64,000 nucleotides of DNA, from IMG/VR virus record IMGVR_UViG_3300032323_001070, positions 16,763 through 80,762 of that record; one strand, 5' to 3'. This document shows positions 48,509 through 57,934 of this stretch, piece by piece (the first letter of the stretch is position 1; each line of letters begins with the position of its first letter). Origin of the DNA: a virus. The notes beneath the pieces are model-generated. The model made no database searches and had not been told where the DNA came from. It saw only the letters and a list, made by a program, of their open reading frames with translations. The translations under genes and the position numbers were made by a program.

Positions 48509-49015
48509 ATGAGAATATTAACACTAAACAACACTTCATTTGATTTAAATGAACTACCGGACGAGGTAGATGACGACACTAGATTTTCAGTACTAGACAA
48601 TTCAAATCCCAACGATCCTGATTTCTTTTTCATGCCGTTGATCTTTTTAGAGTCATTCAACTCACCAGCAATTTTGTTGAATATCGGCGGTTATGAATTA
48701 CAGATGCCCTTAGACTGGTGCATGGTAGTTGGAGACAAAGAATGCGGACTAGATCCAGAAGTCCTGCCATTAACAAGTATTAATGAAAGAGGATTTGATG
48801 CGTTTGTATTCAATCCTATTAAAGGATTTAAATGCGAATATATGAGTATCGAAATCGTTAATATCTTCCAAGATGTTAAATGGTATTTTCCTAAAATGAA
48901 AAACGGACAACTGTTAACAGTACCGTTACATGATGGAGAAAATCCACCTTGTGTTTATTTTGTCAAAGAAGTTAGTAGACAGAGCGAAGTACTACAGTTA
49001 CACAAAGTAATCTAA
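48509..49015 (+). CDS. hypothetical protein
   Basis: 168-aa ORF with SD. Confidence 0.7.
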   Translation: MRILTLNNTSFDLNELPDEVDDDTRFSVLDNSNPNDPDFFFMPLIFLESFNSPAILLNIGGYELQMPLDWCMVVGDKECGLDPEVLPLTSINERGFDAFVFNPIKGFKCEYMSIEIVNIFQDVKWYFPKMKNGQLLTVPLHDGENPPCVYFVKEVSRQSEVLQLHKVI

Positions 49016-49242
49016 TGCCTATACCATTTATGGACAACGATTCTTTCAAGCGCCGATGTATTGGTTGGAAATTAATATTTTGTCTTTGGCCTAGACGTTG
49101 TTTTTATACTGGTAAATATCTTTGGTTACAACTCGCATATAGAGGTACAGCAATGATTACTGGACCCGGTGAACCTATATTTGAAGATAGGTGGTGCGAA
49201 AAACGAGAATATCTTTTTTTAAAGATAAAAGGAATAGTATGA
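49015..49242 (+). CDS. hypothetical protein
   Basis: 75 aa, coupled on both sides. Confidence 0.55.
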   Translation: MPIPFMDNDSFKRRCIGWKLIFCLWPRRCFYTGKYLWLQLAYRGTAMITGPGEPIFEDRWCEKREYLFLKIKGIV

Positions 49243-49871
49243 AAGTAGTAATATATCACGCAGAGGCAGGCGTGGCTAAAAAACGAAGAGAAGGCATATA
49301 CAAAGAATTAACAGCCTTATTAAAAAAGAATGTTAACAGTTTTGGATTTCCCCTAATCCACCTAACAACTACTGGGCACGAAGGTTGGGGAGATGAAAAC
49401 TATTTTTATGATCTCGATCCTGAATTGGTTAATTATAATCGAGAATTGTGTTATATAGACTTCTTAAAAAATTCTGCTAACGACACAGATGTTTATTGGT
49501 TTACAGAACCAGATTGGAGAATAAATCAACTATTTCCTCCGTTAGAAAACGACATAGATTTTCTTCTAAGAGACGATAGCGCACCACTTCATCCCGGTTG
49601 GAGATTAGCTAAAAGGTCAGCTCTACCGGTATTTGAAGAAACTTTAAAATGTTACGATCTTCGCCCTGATCAGAAAGTCTGGGGTGGTGATTCTACCGGA
49701 CTTAGAAATCTTTATGATAATTTTGGCCGACCAACCAATACTATCAAAGCATTTGGTTGTTCAATAGGTTTTAGATATTATAAGAGTTATGGAATGAGAA
49801 AAGCAAAGTATACTCAACAGTTCAAAGCTGACCATAAAGAAGAACTTTTAGAAAGGTATGGAAAAGAATGA
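49239..49871 (+). CDS. putative glycosyltransferase-like protein
   Basis: Start MKVVIYH (ATGA overlap), FTEPD and WGGD motifs, glycan-island context. Confidence 0.45.
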   Translation: MKVVIYHAEAGVAKKRREGIYKELTALLKKNVNSFGFPLIHLTTTGHEGWGDENYFYDLDPELVNYNRELCYIDFLKNSANDTDVYWFTEPDWRINQLFPPLENDIDFLLRDDSAPLHPGWRLAKRSALPVFEETLKCYDLRPDQKVWGGDSTGLRNLYDNFGRPTNTIKAFGCSIGFRYYKSYGMRKAKYTQQFKADHKEELLERYGKE

Positions 49872-50212
49872 AAGCAGGAAAAGTTTGGGGTGTAACAGAA
49901 TTGCTAGAAGCCAACGGTGTGCTAGAATTTCATCGCATCGAAGCTAAAGCAGGCGGAGTGTGTTCGAAGCACAAGCACAAGTATAAGTGGAATGGTTTCT
50001 TCGTCGAATCAGGTAAGATGATCATACGAGTATGGAAGAACAGCTACGACCTAGTAGACGAAACTATGTTAACAGCAGGTCAATATACTAAAGTTGCGCC
50101 TGGTGAATATCATCAATTTGAAGCAGTAGAAGATTGTGTCGCATTTGAATTGTATTGGGCAGAATTTGACCACGATGATATTGAAAGAGAATCAGTAGGA
50201 TTTAGTAAATGA
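49868..50212 (+). CDS. cupin-domain protein (sugar isomerase-like)
   Basis: KVWG, SKHKH..K.N.F.VESG, PGEYHQF. Confidence 0.75.
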   Translation: MKAGKVWGVTELLEANGVLEFHRIEAKAGGVCSKHKHKYKWNGFFVESGKMIIRVWKNSYDLVDETMLTAGQYTKVAPGEYHQFEAVEDCVAFELYWAEFDHDDIERESVGFSK

Positions 50213-50808
50213 TATTAAATGATCAGCCAAAGACATTTGTTATCGCTCTTAAAAATCATTCGATAAGTGAGAAACAACTATCAGATTGTTTGGAAAGTGC
50301 GAAAGAATTTAATTGGTCGATAGAAGTATTTTGGGGTACAGACGGTAGAACCCTTACAGAAAAATCCTGGAATGATATAGGAGTAACACCTTTATATCAT
50401 AAAGGAAGTATGGACAGGCCCGGAACATGGGGATGTTTTTTCAGTCACTGGTACTTATGGAATAAGTGCATTGATATGAACGAGCCGATAGTCGTTCTAG
50501 AACACGATGCTATTATAGAAGACCACTGGAGAGTTTTTGATTTAAAATCATTAACTAAGCTTCATGAAAATTATTCTTTAAAGAAGCCGCACAAATGGGT
50601 CGATGAAGACAGTGGAGTTTGTTCGTCGTCTACTCACGCATATTGTATTTCGCCTAAGGCTGCTCAGAAAATGATTAAATTTTCTCAAAAAGTAGGTGCA
50701 TTTGCAGCCGATAGAATGATTGGAGACAAAGTATTATCATTCGAACATTTAGATGGAAACAGTCTGGTAACTAGACAAAATAGTTATTCAACAACGGAGA
50801 ACTTATGA
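50209..50808 (+). CDS. glycosyltransferase family 25
   Basis: FVIAL, DG, GCFFSH..LW, VLEHDA, HAY.ISP..A. Confidence 0.8.
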   Translation: MILNDQPKTFVIALKNHSISEKQLSDCLESAKEFNWSIEVFWGTDGRTLTEKSWNDIGVTPLYHKGSMDRPGTWGCFFSHWYLWNKCIDMNEPIVVLEHDAIIEDHWRVFDLKSLTKLHENYSLKKPHKWVDEDSGVCSSSTHAYCISPKAAQKMIKFSQKVGAFAADRMIGDKVLSFEHLDGNSLVTRQNSYSTTENL

Positions 50809-51380
50809 AGATAAAAAATACAGTAATGAAAGATAAAAACTATAAACACTTGGGGGGCAATTTAGAAAACGGGGATCCTGATACGTTTTCTGAAAAAGTT
50901 TGGAAATATCTTTTAGAAGTTACAAATTCTAATAAAATTCTTGATTTAGGATCAGGTAGAGGATATACAAGCAAATGGTTTATCGATCACGGATTAACAG
51001 TTACAGCGGTAGACGGCCTTGAACAAAATGTTAGTACTGCTATAGTTCCTACTATATTACACGATTTAACTACTGGCCCTTATTTAAATTTAGTTGATTT
51101 GGTTATATGTGTTGAAGTTGTAGAACATATTGAAGAAATTTTTTTAGAAAATCTATTAAATTCACTCTCTAGCGGAAATTATATTTTTATGACTCATGCA
51201 GTACCAGGTCAGACCGGATATCATCATGTCAACTGTCAAAACAGTGAATATTGGATTAATCATCTAGCAAACAAAAATTTTAAATTATTAGAAACAGAAT
51301 CTAATAAATTAAGAGAATTAGCAAAAGAAGATAATGCAAAATGGCTAGCACAAAATGGTATGATTTTTCAAAGGATCTAA
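50805..51380 (+). CDS. class I SAM methyltransferase
   Basis: LDLGSGRG, CVEVVEHI, PGQ.G.HHVN. Confidence 0.8.
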   Translation: MKIKNTVMKDKNYKHLGGNLENGDPDTFSEKVWKYLLEVTNSNKILDLGSGRGYTSKWFIDHGLTVTAVDGLEQNVSTAIVPTILHDLTTGPYLNLVDLVICVEVVEHIEEIFLENLLNSLSSGNYIFMTHAVPGQTGYHHVNCQNSEYWINHLANKNFKLLETESNKLRELAKEDNAKWLAQNGMIFQRI

Positions 51381-51381
51381 A

Positions 51382-52095
51382 GTGTTTATACATACAGTGT
51401 ATAAGTCAGAAGAAAATGTTGATTATTTAAAAGATTGGCTAGTCCATCATAGCTTAATCGGCATCGAACACTTCTATATGTATGATAATAGCGGAGCACA
51501 TGATTATCCGTACGATCCGTCTTATATTGTTCCTTCCCATACAAACAAATACGGAGAACTTATTAAGTACACGGTAGAAGAAGCAAGGGAAAAACAACAA
51601 GAAATTTTTAAAGAGTTTCCAGTAACGGTTATTCCGTGGCAAAACAGAGATGCTAATGGTAAATTGCTATATTATCAGAAAGAATCTATTATTCATTTTA
51701 GCCAGTTAGTAAAAAAAGGATTATGCGCCTTTATAGATATCGATGAATTTATCATTAAAAAAGAAAATTTTAGAGTATCTAGAATGAATCAACGAAAATT
51801 TAAAGCAAGGCATCATTACAGTAGTGTCCACGACTGTCACGAATATTTTGATGTTGATACTACAGGTTGGGGGACAAAGGTTATTTTAGATATGGCTAAT
51901 TTTCCATCTTCTAATCAATATAAAAATATTCACTTTGTACATCTCGATTTACCTGCGTCTGCCTCATATTTTAATCACTATAATCATTGCGAATCTGCTC
52001 ATCAATGGCTTATTATGAATGGAAAAAATATTGATCCTGATTATAACAACATATATCAAAGATTAGAAGATACAGAATTAAAGAAAAAAATATGA
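51382..52095 (+). CDS. glycosyltransferase (GT92/GT2-like)
   Basis: E...L.DW..HH..IG..HFY.YDN, FIDIDEFI, NHY. Confidence 0.7.
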   Translation: MFIHTVYKSEENVDYLKDWLVHHSLIGIEHFYMYDNSGAHDYPYDPSYIVPSHTNKYGELIKYTVEEAREKQQEIFKEFPVTVIPWQNRDANGKLLYYQKESIIHFSQLVKKGLCAFIDIDEFIIKKENFRVSRMNQRKFKARHHYSSVHDCHEYFDVDTTGWGTKVILDMANFPSSNQYKNIHFVHLDLPASASYFNHYNHCESAHQWLIMNGKNIDPDYNNIYQRLEDTELKKKI

Positions 52096-52766
52096 ATATA
52101 AAAGCCTTTACTATCAGAAAACCCAATGACGATTTGTCAGAAAGACTGTCAGACGAATTAATAGAATCTGGAAAACAGTTTGGTATCGCTATCGAAAAAG
52201 TTGATGGCGTATACGCTAACCAAGCAGAAATTATTCAGCAAAAAGGTCTGCATGTATTTGAAAAGATGAAGGAAGCAAAAAAACAAAACAAAGGCATGCA
52301 AGGCTGTTTTCTAAGTCATTATCAACTATGGGAACGCTGCTTAGAATTAAATGAACCTATTCTAATATTTGAACATGATGCATTGATCATTAGACCATTG
52401 CCAGACAATTTTCTTAACTTGTTCACACATCATGCGATATTAGATTATGCTTGCCATTATCCAGACTATGAAGAAATAGTTCTTCGTGACGGCCCGTTGA
52501 AGATTACAAATTTTCCGTTTATCGAAAATGTACCAGCAACATATAAGGGATTAAATTCCTCACACGTTAAGGGATCACACGCTCATGCAATTAAACCAGA
52601 GGGTGCTAGAACATTAATTTCTAATGTAAAAAAGTATGGATTTGTCGCATCTGACATGTGCGTTAATCAATTCTATACATCATATATAACCATTGACCCT
52701 ATCATTGCTAGGGTTAATCCTTTCGTAAGTCAAAAGAATAGACATTTATCACATACAAAATCATGA
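52092..52766 (+). CDS. glycosyltransferase family 25
   Basis: GCFLSHY.LW, IFEHDA, HA.AIKP.GA. Confidence 0.8.
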   Translation: MNIKAFTIRKPNDDLSERLSDELIESGKQFGIAIEKVDGVYANQAEIIQQKGLHVFEKMKEAKKQNKGMQGCFLSHYQLWERCLELNEPILIFEHDALIIRPLPDNFLNLFTHHAILDYACHYPDYEEIVLRDGPLKITNFPFIENVPATYKGLNSSHVKGSHAHAIKPEGARTLISNVKKYGFVASDMCVNQFYTSYITIDPIIARVNPFVSQKNRHLSHTKS

Positions 52767-53590
52767 AAATATTAATTACAGGAAATGCAGGATATATCGG
52801 TAGTCACCTTTCTAATATGTTGTTAGAAAAAGGAGGACACGAAATACACGGGTTAGATAAAAAGAAATCTCAAGTACCGTTGTATAAACATTATTATCAA
52901 GACATTAGAAATACAGAATGGAACATGCAGGATTCCTACGATTGTGTCATCCATCTTGCTGCGGAAGTATCTGTGAGCAGAAGTGTTGATAATCCTATAT
53001 TATACTACACCACAAATACCATCGGTACTTTAAATGTTTTAAGAAATATTAAAACTAAAAGATTTATTCATGCCAGCACAGGTTCCGCAGGCCCGATGAA
53101 TAATCCCTACGGTATCAGCAAACGCGGTGCCGAAGAAATTGTTGATCAATTCTGTAAGCAGAACGATATTCCATTTACAACATTTAGATTTTACAATGTC
53201 ACAGGTACAGATGGCATCGAACCAACAAATCCAGACGGTTTGATGTGGAATCTAATGAACGCAGAAAAAACAGGTGTGTTCAATTTATTTGGCAATGATT
53301 ATAACACCGAAGACGGTACCGCAGTGCGTGATTACACTCACGTAAATGAAATATGCAACGCTGTTTCACAGGCCATAGACCAATCAACTAACACCATAGA
53401 AAATCTAGGTCATGGTGTAGGCACTACTGTACAACAAATGGTTGATCTATACAAAAACATCAACAACTGCGATTTCAAAGTAAACATCTGCGATCGTCGA
53501 GCAGGTGATCTAGAACGAAGCGTTTTAGATAATCCTTCTAAATTTATGACCAAGATGTATACTATGCAGGATCTTTTAAAGGTGAGATAA
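52763..53590 (+). CDS. galE: UDP-glucose 4-epimerase-like NAD-dependent epimerase
   Basis: TGNAGYIGSH, HLAA, YGISK, RFYNV, DGT.VRDY.HV, RRAGD. Confidence 0.88.
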   Translation: MKILITGNAGYIGSHLSNMLLEKGGHEIHGLDKKKSQVPLYKHYYQDIRNTEWNMQDSYDCVIHLAAEVSVSRSVDNPILYYTTNTIGTLNVLRNIKTKRFIHASTGSAGPMNNPYGISKRGAEEIVDQFCKQNDIPFTTFRFYNVTGTDGIEPTNPDGLMWNLMNAEKTGVFNLFGNDYNTEDGTAVRDYTHVNEICNAVSQAIDQSTNTIENLGHGVGTTVQQMVDLYKNINNCDFKVNICDRRAGDLERSVLDNPSKFMTKMYTMQDLLKVR

Positions 53591-53591
53591 A

Positions 53592-53867
53592 ATGGGAAAT
53601 TTAAAGCCGGGTGCAACATATATCTATGAACGAGCAGATGGCATCGTTTATCAAAGAGAATTTGGAGCTGATCCATCAACAAGAACTGAAGCGGGTTGGG
53701 ACTATGATCCTAGAACATCAGACGGCAGACCGTTACATAATCATATAATGGATTCAAAACTTTGGGGCAATATTCATAGAGCTGCAAAGGAAAATCCCCT
53801 CTTGCAAGAAGCGTTAGATCGTGTTAAAATAATATACGAACTGAGCAGAGAACATGGGACAAAATAA
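53592..53867 (+). CDS. hypothetical protein
   Basis: 91-aa operonic ORF. Confidence 0.7.
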   Translation: MGNLKPGATYIYERADGIVYQREFGADPSTRTEAGWDYDPRTSDGRPLHNHIMDSKLWGNIHRAAKENPLLQEALDRVKIIYELSREHGTK

Positions 53868-54333
53868 ACACGTAGACCTTTTCAAAGATATGATTCCTGC
53901 TGTAGATATGGGCTTAAAGGAATTATGGGATGCCGTCTCTGATGATGGTCGAAAAGAAATCAAAGGCGATCTATGGAACCTAAACAGATACATTAGTTCT
54001 GTAAAAAGTTCTAATAGAGAATTGCAGGAACATTTCTTATTGACCACTAACGAATTTTATAATAAGAATTGGAACGAGATACAGAAACATCCTAAGCTAG
54101 TCTGGCAGTCTCTGTGTCTATGTAGCCATGAAACTAAAAAGACCTACTTTCATGAGTGGGTTCCTTTGAAAAAAGAAAAGAACAAAAAAGAAGAATTCTT
54201 AGCAGGTTTATTTCCTAACATGAAGAGAGCAGACATTGAAACACTCGCAGCCATCACTACAGACAAAGAAATCAAGCGATATTGTGAGGACCTTGGTTGG
54301 GATAAAAAAGCGGTCAATGGAATTAAACTATAA
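53854..54333 (+). CDS. clamp-loader small subunit-like (T4 gp62-like)
   Basis: LNRYISS..NE..N..HPKL.W..L..HEW..KK pattern. Confidence 0.55.
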   Translation: MGQNKHVDLFKDMIPAVDMGLKELWDAVSDDGRKEIKGDLWNLNRYISSVKSSNRELQEHFLLTTNEFYNKNWNEIQKHPKLVWQSLCLCSHETKKTYFHEWVPLKKEKNKKEEFLAGLFPNMKRADIETLAAITTDKEIKRYCEDLGWDKKAVNGIKL

Positions 54334-55000
54334 GTGCGAATACTGCGGCAAGTTATTTGCTAAAGAAAAAACTCTGTTCATACATATCTGTGAACAGAAG
54401 CGCAGACACTTGAGTAAAAACGAGAAGCATGTTCAAGCAGGTCTTCTTACATTCCAACGATTTTATTCGATAACAAATAAAAATTCTAAAGCTAAGACTT
54501 TTGATGAATTTGCCAAAAGTCCTTACTATACTGCCTTTGTAAAATTTGGCAGCTTCATGATCAATACCGCTCCTATCTATCCAGAAAGATTTATAGACTT
54601 CGTAATCAAGAGCGGAGTTAAATTAGATCATTGGTGTCGTGACGAATTATATGACACATACATCAGCGAACTTATCAAGATAGAACCAGCCGATGGAGCC
54701 ATACAGCGTAGCATACAGACTATGATGGATTGGGCTGATACTAATAAGGCAGAGTGGGAACATTACTTTGCCTATGTAAATCTTAATCGTGCTACACATG
54801 ATATCAAAGAAGGGCTAGTGTCGCCGTGGATGGTATTAAATACCAAGAGCGGTAAAGAGATGTTGCAGAGATTAAATGACGAACAGTTAGATATAATTGC
54901 TCCGATAATTGACCCACAGTTCTGGATGAAAAGATTTAAATCATCGCCTGCCGATTTAGAATTAGTAAAAGACATTGTTAAAGAGGGCAAAATACTATAA
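54317..55000 (+). CDS. hypothetical protein with an N-terminal Zn finger
   Basis: YKCEYCGK.F......HIC; start MELNY. Confidence 0.7.
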   Translation: MELNYKCEYCGKLFAKEKTLFIHICEQKRRHLSKNEKHVQAGLLTFQRFYSITNKNSKAKTFDEFAKSPYYTAFVKFGSFMINTAPIYPERFIDFVIKSGVKLDHWCRDELYDTYISELIKIEPADGAIQRSIQTMMDWADTNKAEWEHYFAYVNLNRATHDIKEGLVSPWMVLNTKSGKEMLQRLNDEQLDIIAPIIDPQFWMKRFKSSPADLELVKDIVKEGKIL

Positions 55001-55227
55001 TGCCAAAAAGACCAGAACCCGAGATTCAAGAAGAAGAATTAAAAGAAAACGAAGAGTTCATTTCGAGGGACGACATTGACATTGAAGTCATGCACACCAT
55101 GGATGATGAACCAGCTGTTTATGTAAAATTTACCGGTTTCGATGATGAAGAAGATGCTGAAGACTATGCACAATTCTTAGCAGAAACTTTGCCATTGTTG
55201 TTGTTTGAAAGCACGAGATTACAGTAA
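55000..55227 (+). CDS. small acidic hypothetical protein
   Basis: 75 aa, TAATG coupling on both sides. Confidence 0.65.
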   Translation: MPKRPEPEIQEEELKENEEFISRDDIDIEVMHTMDDEPAVYVKFTGFDDEEDAEDYAQFLAETLPLLLFESTRLQ

Positions 55228-55805
55228 TGCCAGATATAGATATTGATTTTGTAGACAGAGAACAGGCATTGAATTTATTCAAGCATGTAGTTGCCAGTCG
55301 AGTTGACAGCGATGAATTGGTCAAGCATAATACTGGCATATATCTACACGAAGTTCCAGTTAATGCGAAATCTAATCTATGTGCTGTGCCGTATGAACAG
55401 GCAGAAGATCAAGGCTTCTTTAAGATAGATTTTCTAAACGTAGGTTTGTACAAAGGTGTTCGCAATGAAGAACATCTCATTCAACTAATGGAGACTGAAC
55501 CACTATGGGATCTACTGTTAGACGACGCATTTATCCAGAACCTATTCCACGTGAATGGGCATGGGTCTATTCTGAGACAGATGGAACCAAAAAGTATAGA
55601 ACAATTGGCAGCGGTATTGGCGATGATCAGACCCGCGAAACGCTCGCTGATTGGGAAAGATTGGACTACGGTGATGAAGGAAGTTTGGACGAAACCGGAC
55701 GGTGACGAATATTACTTTAAGAAATCACATGCCACAGCCTATGCTGTCGCGATTGTCGTTCAGATGAATTTAATATGTGAACAAATTAGTTACGGGTACT
55801 TATAA
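55227..55805 (+). CDS. dnaE: miniature/split DNA polymerase III alpha (family C) catalytic fragment
   Basis: MPDIDIDF, KHNTG, KIDFL, A.IRP, FKKSHA.AYA motifs within 192 aa. Confidence 0.8.
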   Translation: MPDIDIDFVDREQALNLFKHVVASRVDSDELVKHNTGIYLHEVPVNAKSNLCAVPYEQAEDQGFFKIDFLNVGLYKGVRNEEHLIQLMETEPLWDLLLDDAFIQNLFHVNGHGSILRQMEPKSIEQLAAVLAMIRPAKRSLIGKDWTTVMKEVWTKPDGDEYYFKKSHATAYAVAIVVQMNLICEQISYGYL

Positions 55806-55806
55806 T

Positions 55807-56730
55807 ATGAATCCAAAAGGCGGCACCGAGCTATTAAAAGAAAAGCTCTTAGAAAAAGTACCTGCAGAATTATTTGATGGTATAAATCTAATAACCAGCA
55901 TCTGCGATGAATCGATGTTGGATCCTACAAAAATAAATGTGATGTGGCAGCATCTGAGTTACGATCAACCTAACGTAACAAAAATGACTGATAAAAAATT
56001 CACAGACAAAGTTGATTATTTTGTTTATGTGTCACACTGGCAGCATGAAAAATTTAGATATAAATTCAACACACCGTTAAGCAGATCTAAAGTAATTAAG
56101 AATGCTATTGAACCAATACCTTATAAAGAAAAACCAAAAAAAATCAAACTAGTATACAGCTCTACACCGTGGCGAGGCCTTGAAGTTTTATTGCGAGCCT
56201 TTGAAGTGTTAGACAGAGATGATGTCGAATTAGATGTATATTCGTCAACGATTATCTATGGCAGTGACTTTCATAAAGGTGCTGATCAACATTACAAGCA
56301 TCTCTACGATAAGGCAAAATCAATGAAGAATGTTAACTACAAAGGTTATGCATCTAATGAAGAAGTTAGAAAAGCATTGACTGAGGCACACATTCTAGCC
56401 TATCCAAGTATCTGGGAAGAGACCAGTTGTCTATGTGCTATCGAAGCTGCTATGGCAGGGTGTTCAGTTGTAACTACCAACTACGGTGCGTTATATGAAA
56501 CACTCGGTGAATGGGGAACGTTTGTAGAGTTCAACACTGATGGTGATGAATTAGTTAAAAATTATGTGGAAGTGTTGAATAAAGAGATTGATAATTTTTG
56601 GTCTACTTCAACGCAACAGCGTCTGTTAGATCAGCACGTTTATTTCACGAATTTTTACACCTGGGATAAACGAGCCCAAGAATGGATTGAATTCTTAACT
56701 AAGATCCAATCAAGTAGGTCTTCTAACTAA
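55807..56730 (+). CDS. GT-B glycosyltransferase (GT4-like)
   Basis: GGTE, YSSTPWRGL, YPS.WEETSC..AIEA (EX7E). Confidence 0.8.
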   Translation: MNPKGGTELLKEKLLEKVPAELFDGINLITSICDESMLDPTKINVMWQHLSYDQPNVTKMTDKKFTDKVDYFVYVSHWQHEKFRYKFNTPLSRSKVIKNAIEPIPYKEKPKKIKLVYSSTPWRGLEVLLRAFEVLDRDDVELDVYSSTIIYGSDFHKGADQHYKHLYDKAKSMKNVNYKGYASNEEVRKALTEAHILAYPSIWEETSCLCAIEAAMAGCSVVTTNYGALYETLGEWGTFVEFNTDGDELVKNYVEVLNKEIDNFWSTSTQQRLLDQHVYFTNFYTWDKRAQEWIEFLTKIQSSRSSN

Positions 56731-57081
56731 CGTAATCGACTTACGTTTAATTCTCTTTACGATAATATCGTTTAAGCTGGTACAAGGACCGAACATTATT
56801 TTAACGTCTTTGGTACTGAAGTTTTTAATAGCATAGCGGAATTCTACTATTTCTCGATGTAGGAAAATGTTAATAGGAATCTGTCTATTTGATTCCCACC
56901 ACCATGCTTCGCCTAGTTCTAAAAATCGTGATTTTTCTTCATCTGTACGGATACTTGCATAGTCGTATAGGCTGGTGATTTGGGCATCTTGGTTTATAAT
57001 TATACCCACGTATTCTCTATCTACGTGGTTAATAACGCTTATAAACGGAAAGTTTTCTTGTAGGTTTTCTGTAATCCGCAT
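56710..57081 (-). CDS. hypothetical protein
   Basis: 123-aa ORF with WWWESNR and a basic tail. Confidence 0.7.
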   Translation of the reverse strand: MRITENLQENFPFISVINHVDREYVGIIINQDAQITSLYDYASIRTDEEKSRFLELGEAWWWESNRQIPINIFLHREIVEFRYAIKNFSTKDVKIMFGPCTSLNDIIVKRIKRKSITLVRRPT

Positions 57082-57115
57082 TTTTCAAATAAATATCATA
57101 AAGGGTTGCTAATGT

Positions 57116-57922
57116 ATGCAAACAATTTCAGTTTATTTATATCCAAATAGAGTCCGAGCATTTTCTAATGCCTTAGCTTCCTCACAAACAGAGAGGTATC
57201 GTAACGTGTATAATCGCAATTTAAAGGTGTATCGCGGCGCCGACAATCGTTTAGAATTAAGAATAATGAACTCCGATCAAAAGCCCAGGGATATTACTGG
57301 ACTAACAATCGTATTTAATCTGGTTTCAAGAGACACCCAAGAGCTGGTAATAAAACGTGATTGTACAGTACAGAGCATCGCAGACGGCAGAGTTGCCGTG
57401 ACAATAACTGAAGCAGACTTGATGGATATCCAACCAGGCTTCTATCAATATTCAATCACTGGTGAAACTAGAGTTGGCAGCAATCCTTATACCGTTTCTA
57501 GTAGAGTACCCTTGTACATTGACAGCCAATATGGTGTTAATGCCATTATCGAAGTTATGCCAGGAATTTCCGGTGAGCCTCAAGAAAGTAACACCATTAG
57601 CGAATTTAGAAAAGTTGTTATATACGAACAGCATCCTCAAGTTGAAACACACTATTATAGCAGTGTAATCGATGCCAATCCAGAAACATCTGTGCCACAA
57701 TCGTTACATTCGTTTCAATTCTATCTAACCAATTATACTGGTGAAATTAAAATAGAAGGCAGTCTAGAAAAAGGTGGAGATCCGTTTTTCTGGTCAACTG
57801 TTGATACCTTTAATTTTACCAATCAAGAATCGTTCTTCCATCATGTAACAGGTAAATGGAATTATTTTAGAATTTTCCACAAACCGACTACAGGAAATGT
57901 TGACAAGATAGTTTACCGATAG
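57116..57922 (+). CDS. putative virion structural protein
   Basis: TAAATA at 57090-57095 upstream; beta-sandwich-like sequence. Confidence 0.6.
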   Translation: MQTISVYLYPNRVRAFSNALASSQTERYRNVYNRNLKVYRGADNRLELRIMNSDQKPRDITGLTIVFNLVSRDTQELVIKRDCTVQSIADGRVAVTITEADLMDIQPGFYQYSITGETRVGSNPYTVSSRVPLYIDSQYGVNAIIEVMPGISGEPQESNTISEFRKVVIYEQHPQVETHYYSSVIDANPETSVPQSLHSFQFYLTNYTGEIKIEGSLEKGGDPFFWSTVDTFNFTNQESFFHHVTGKWNYFRIFHKPTTGNVDKIVYR

Positions 57923-57928
57923 TATAAT
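57900..57928 (+). promoter_or_regulatory. consensus sigma70 promoter
   Basis: TTGACA-N17-TATAAT. Confidence 0.85.
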
Positions 57929-57934
57929 TTGTTT

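Noticed and set aside
55000-55227. Upstream acidic ORF as a frameshifted N-terminal part of DnaE
   Set aside because: No GRGS or PHP-like sequence is evident, and it has its own clean start and stop coupling.
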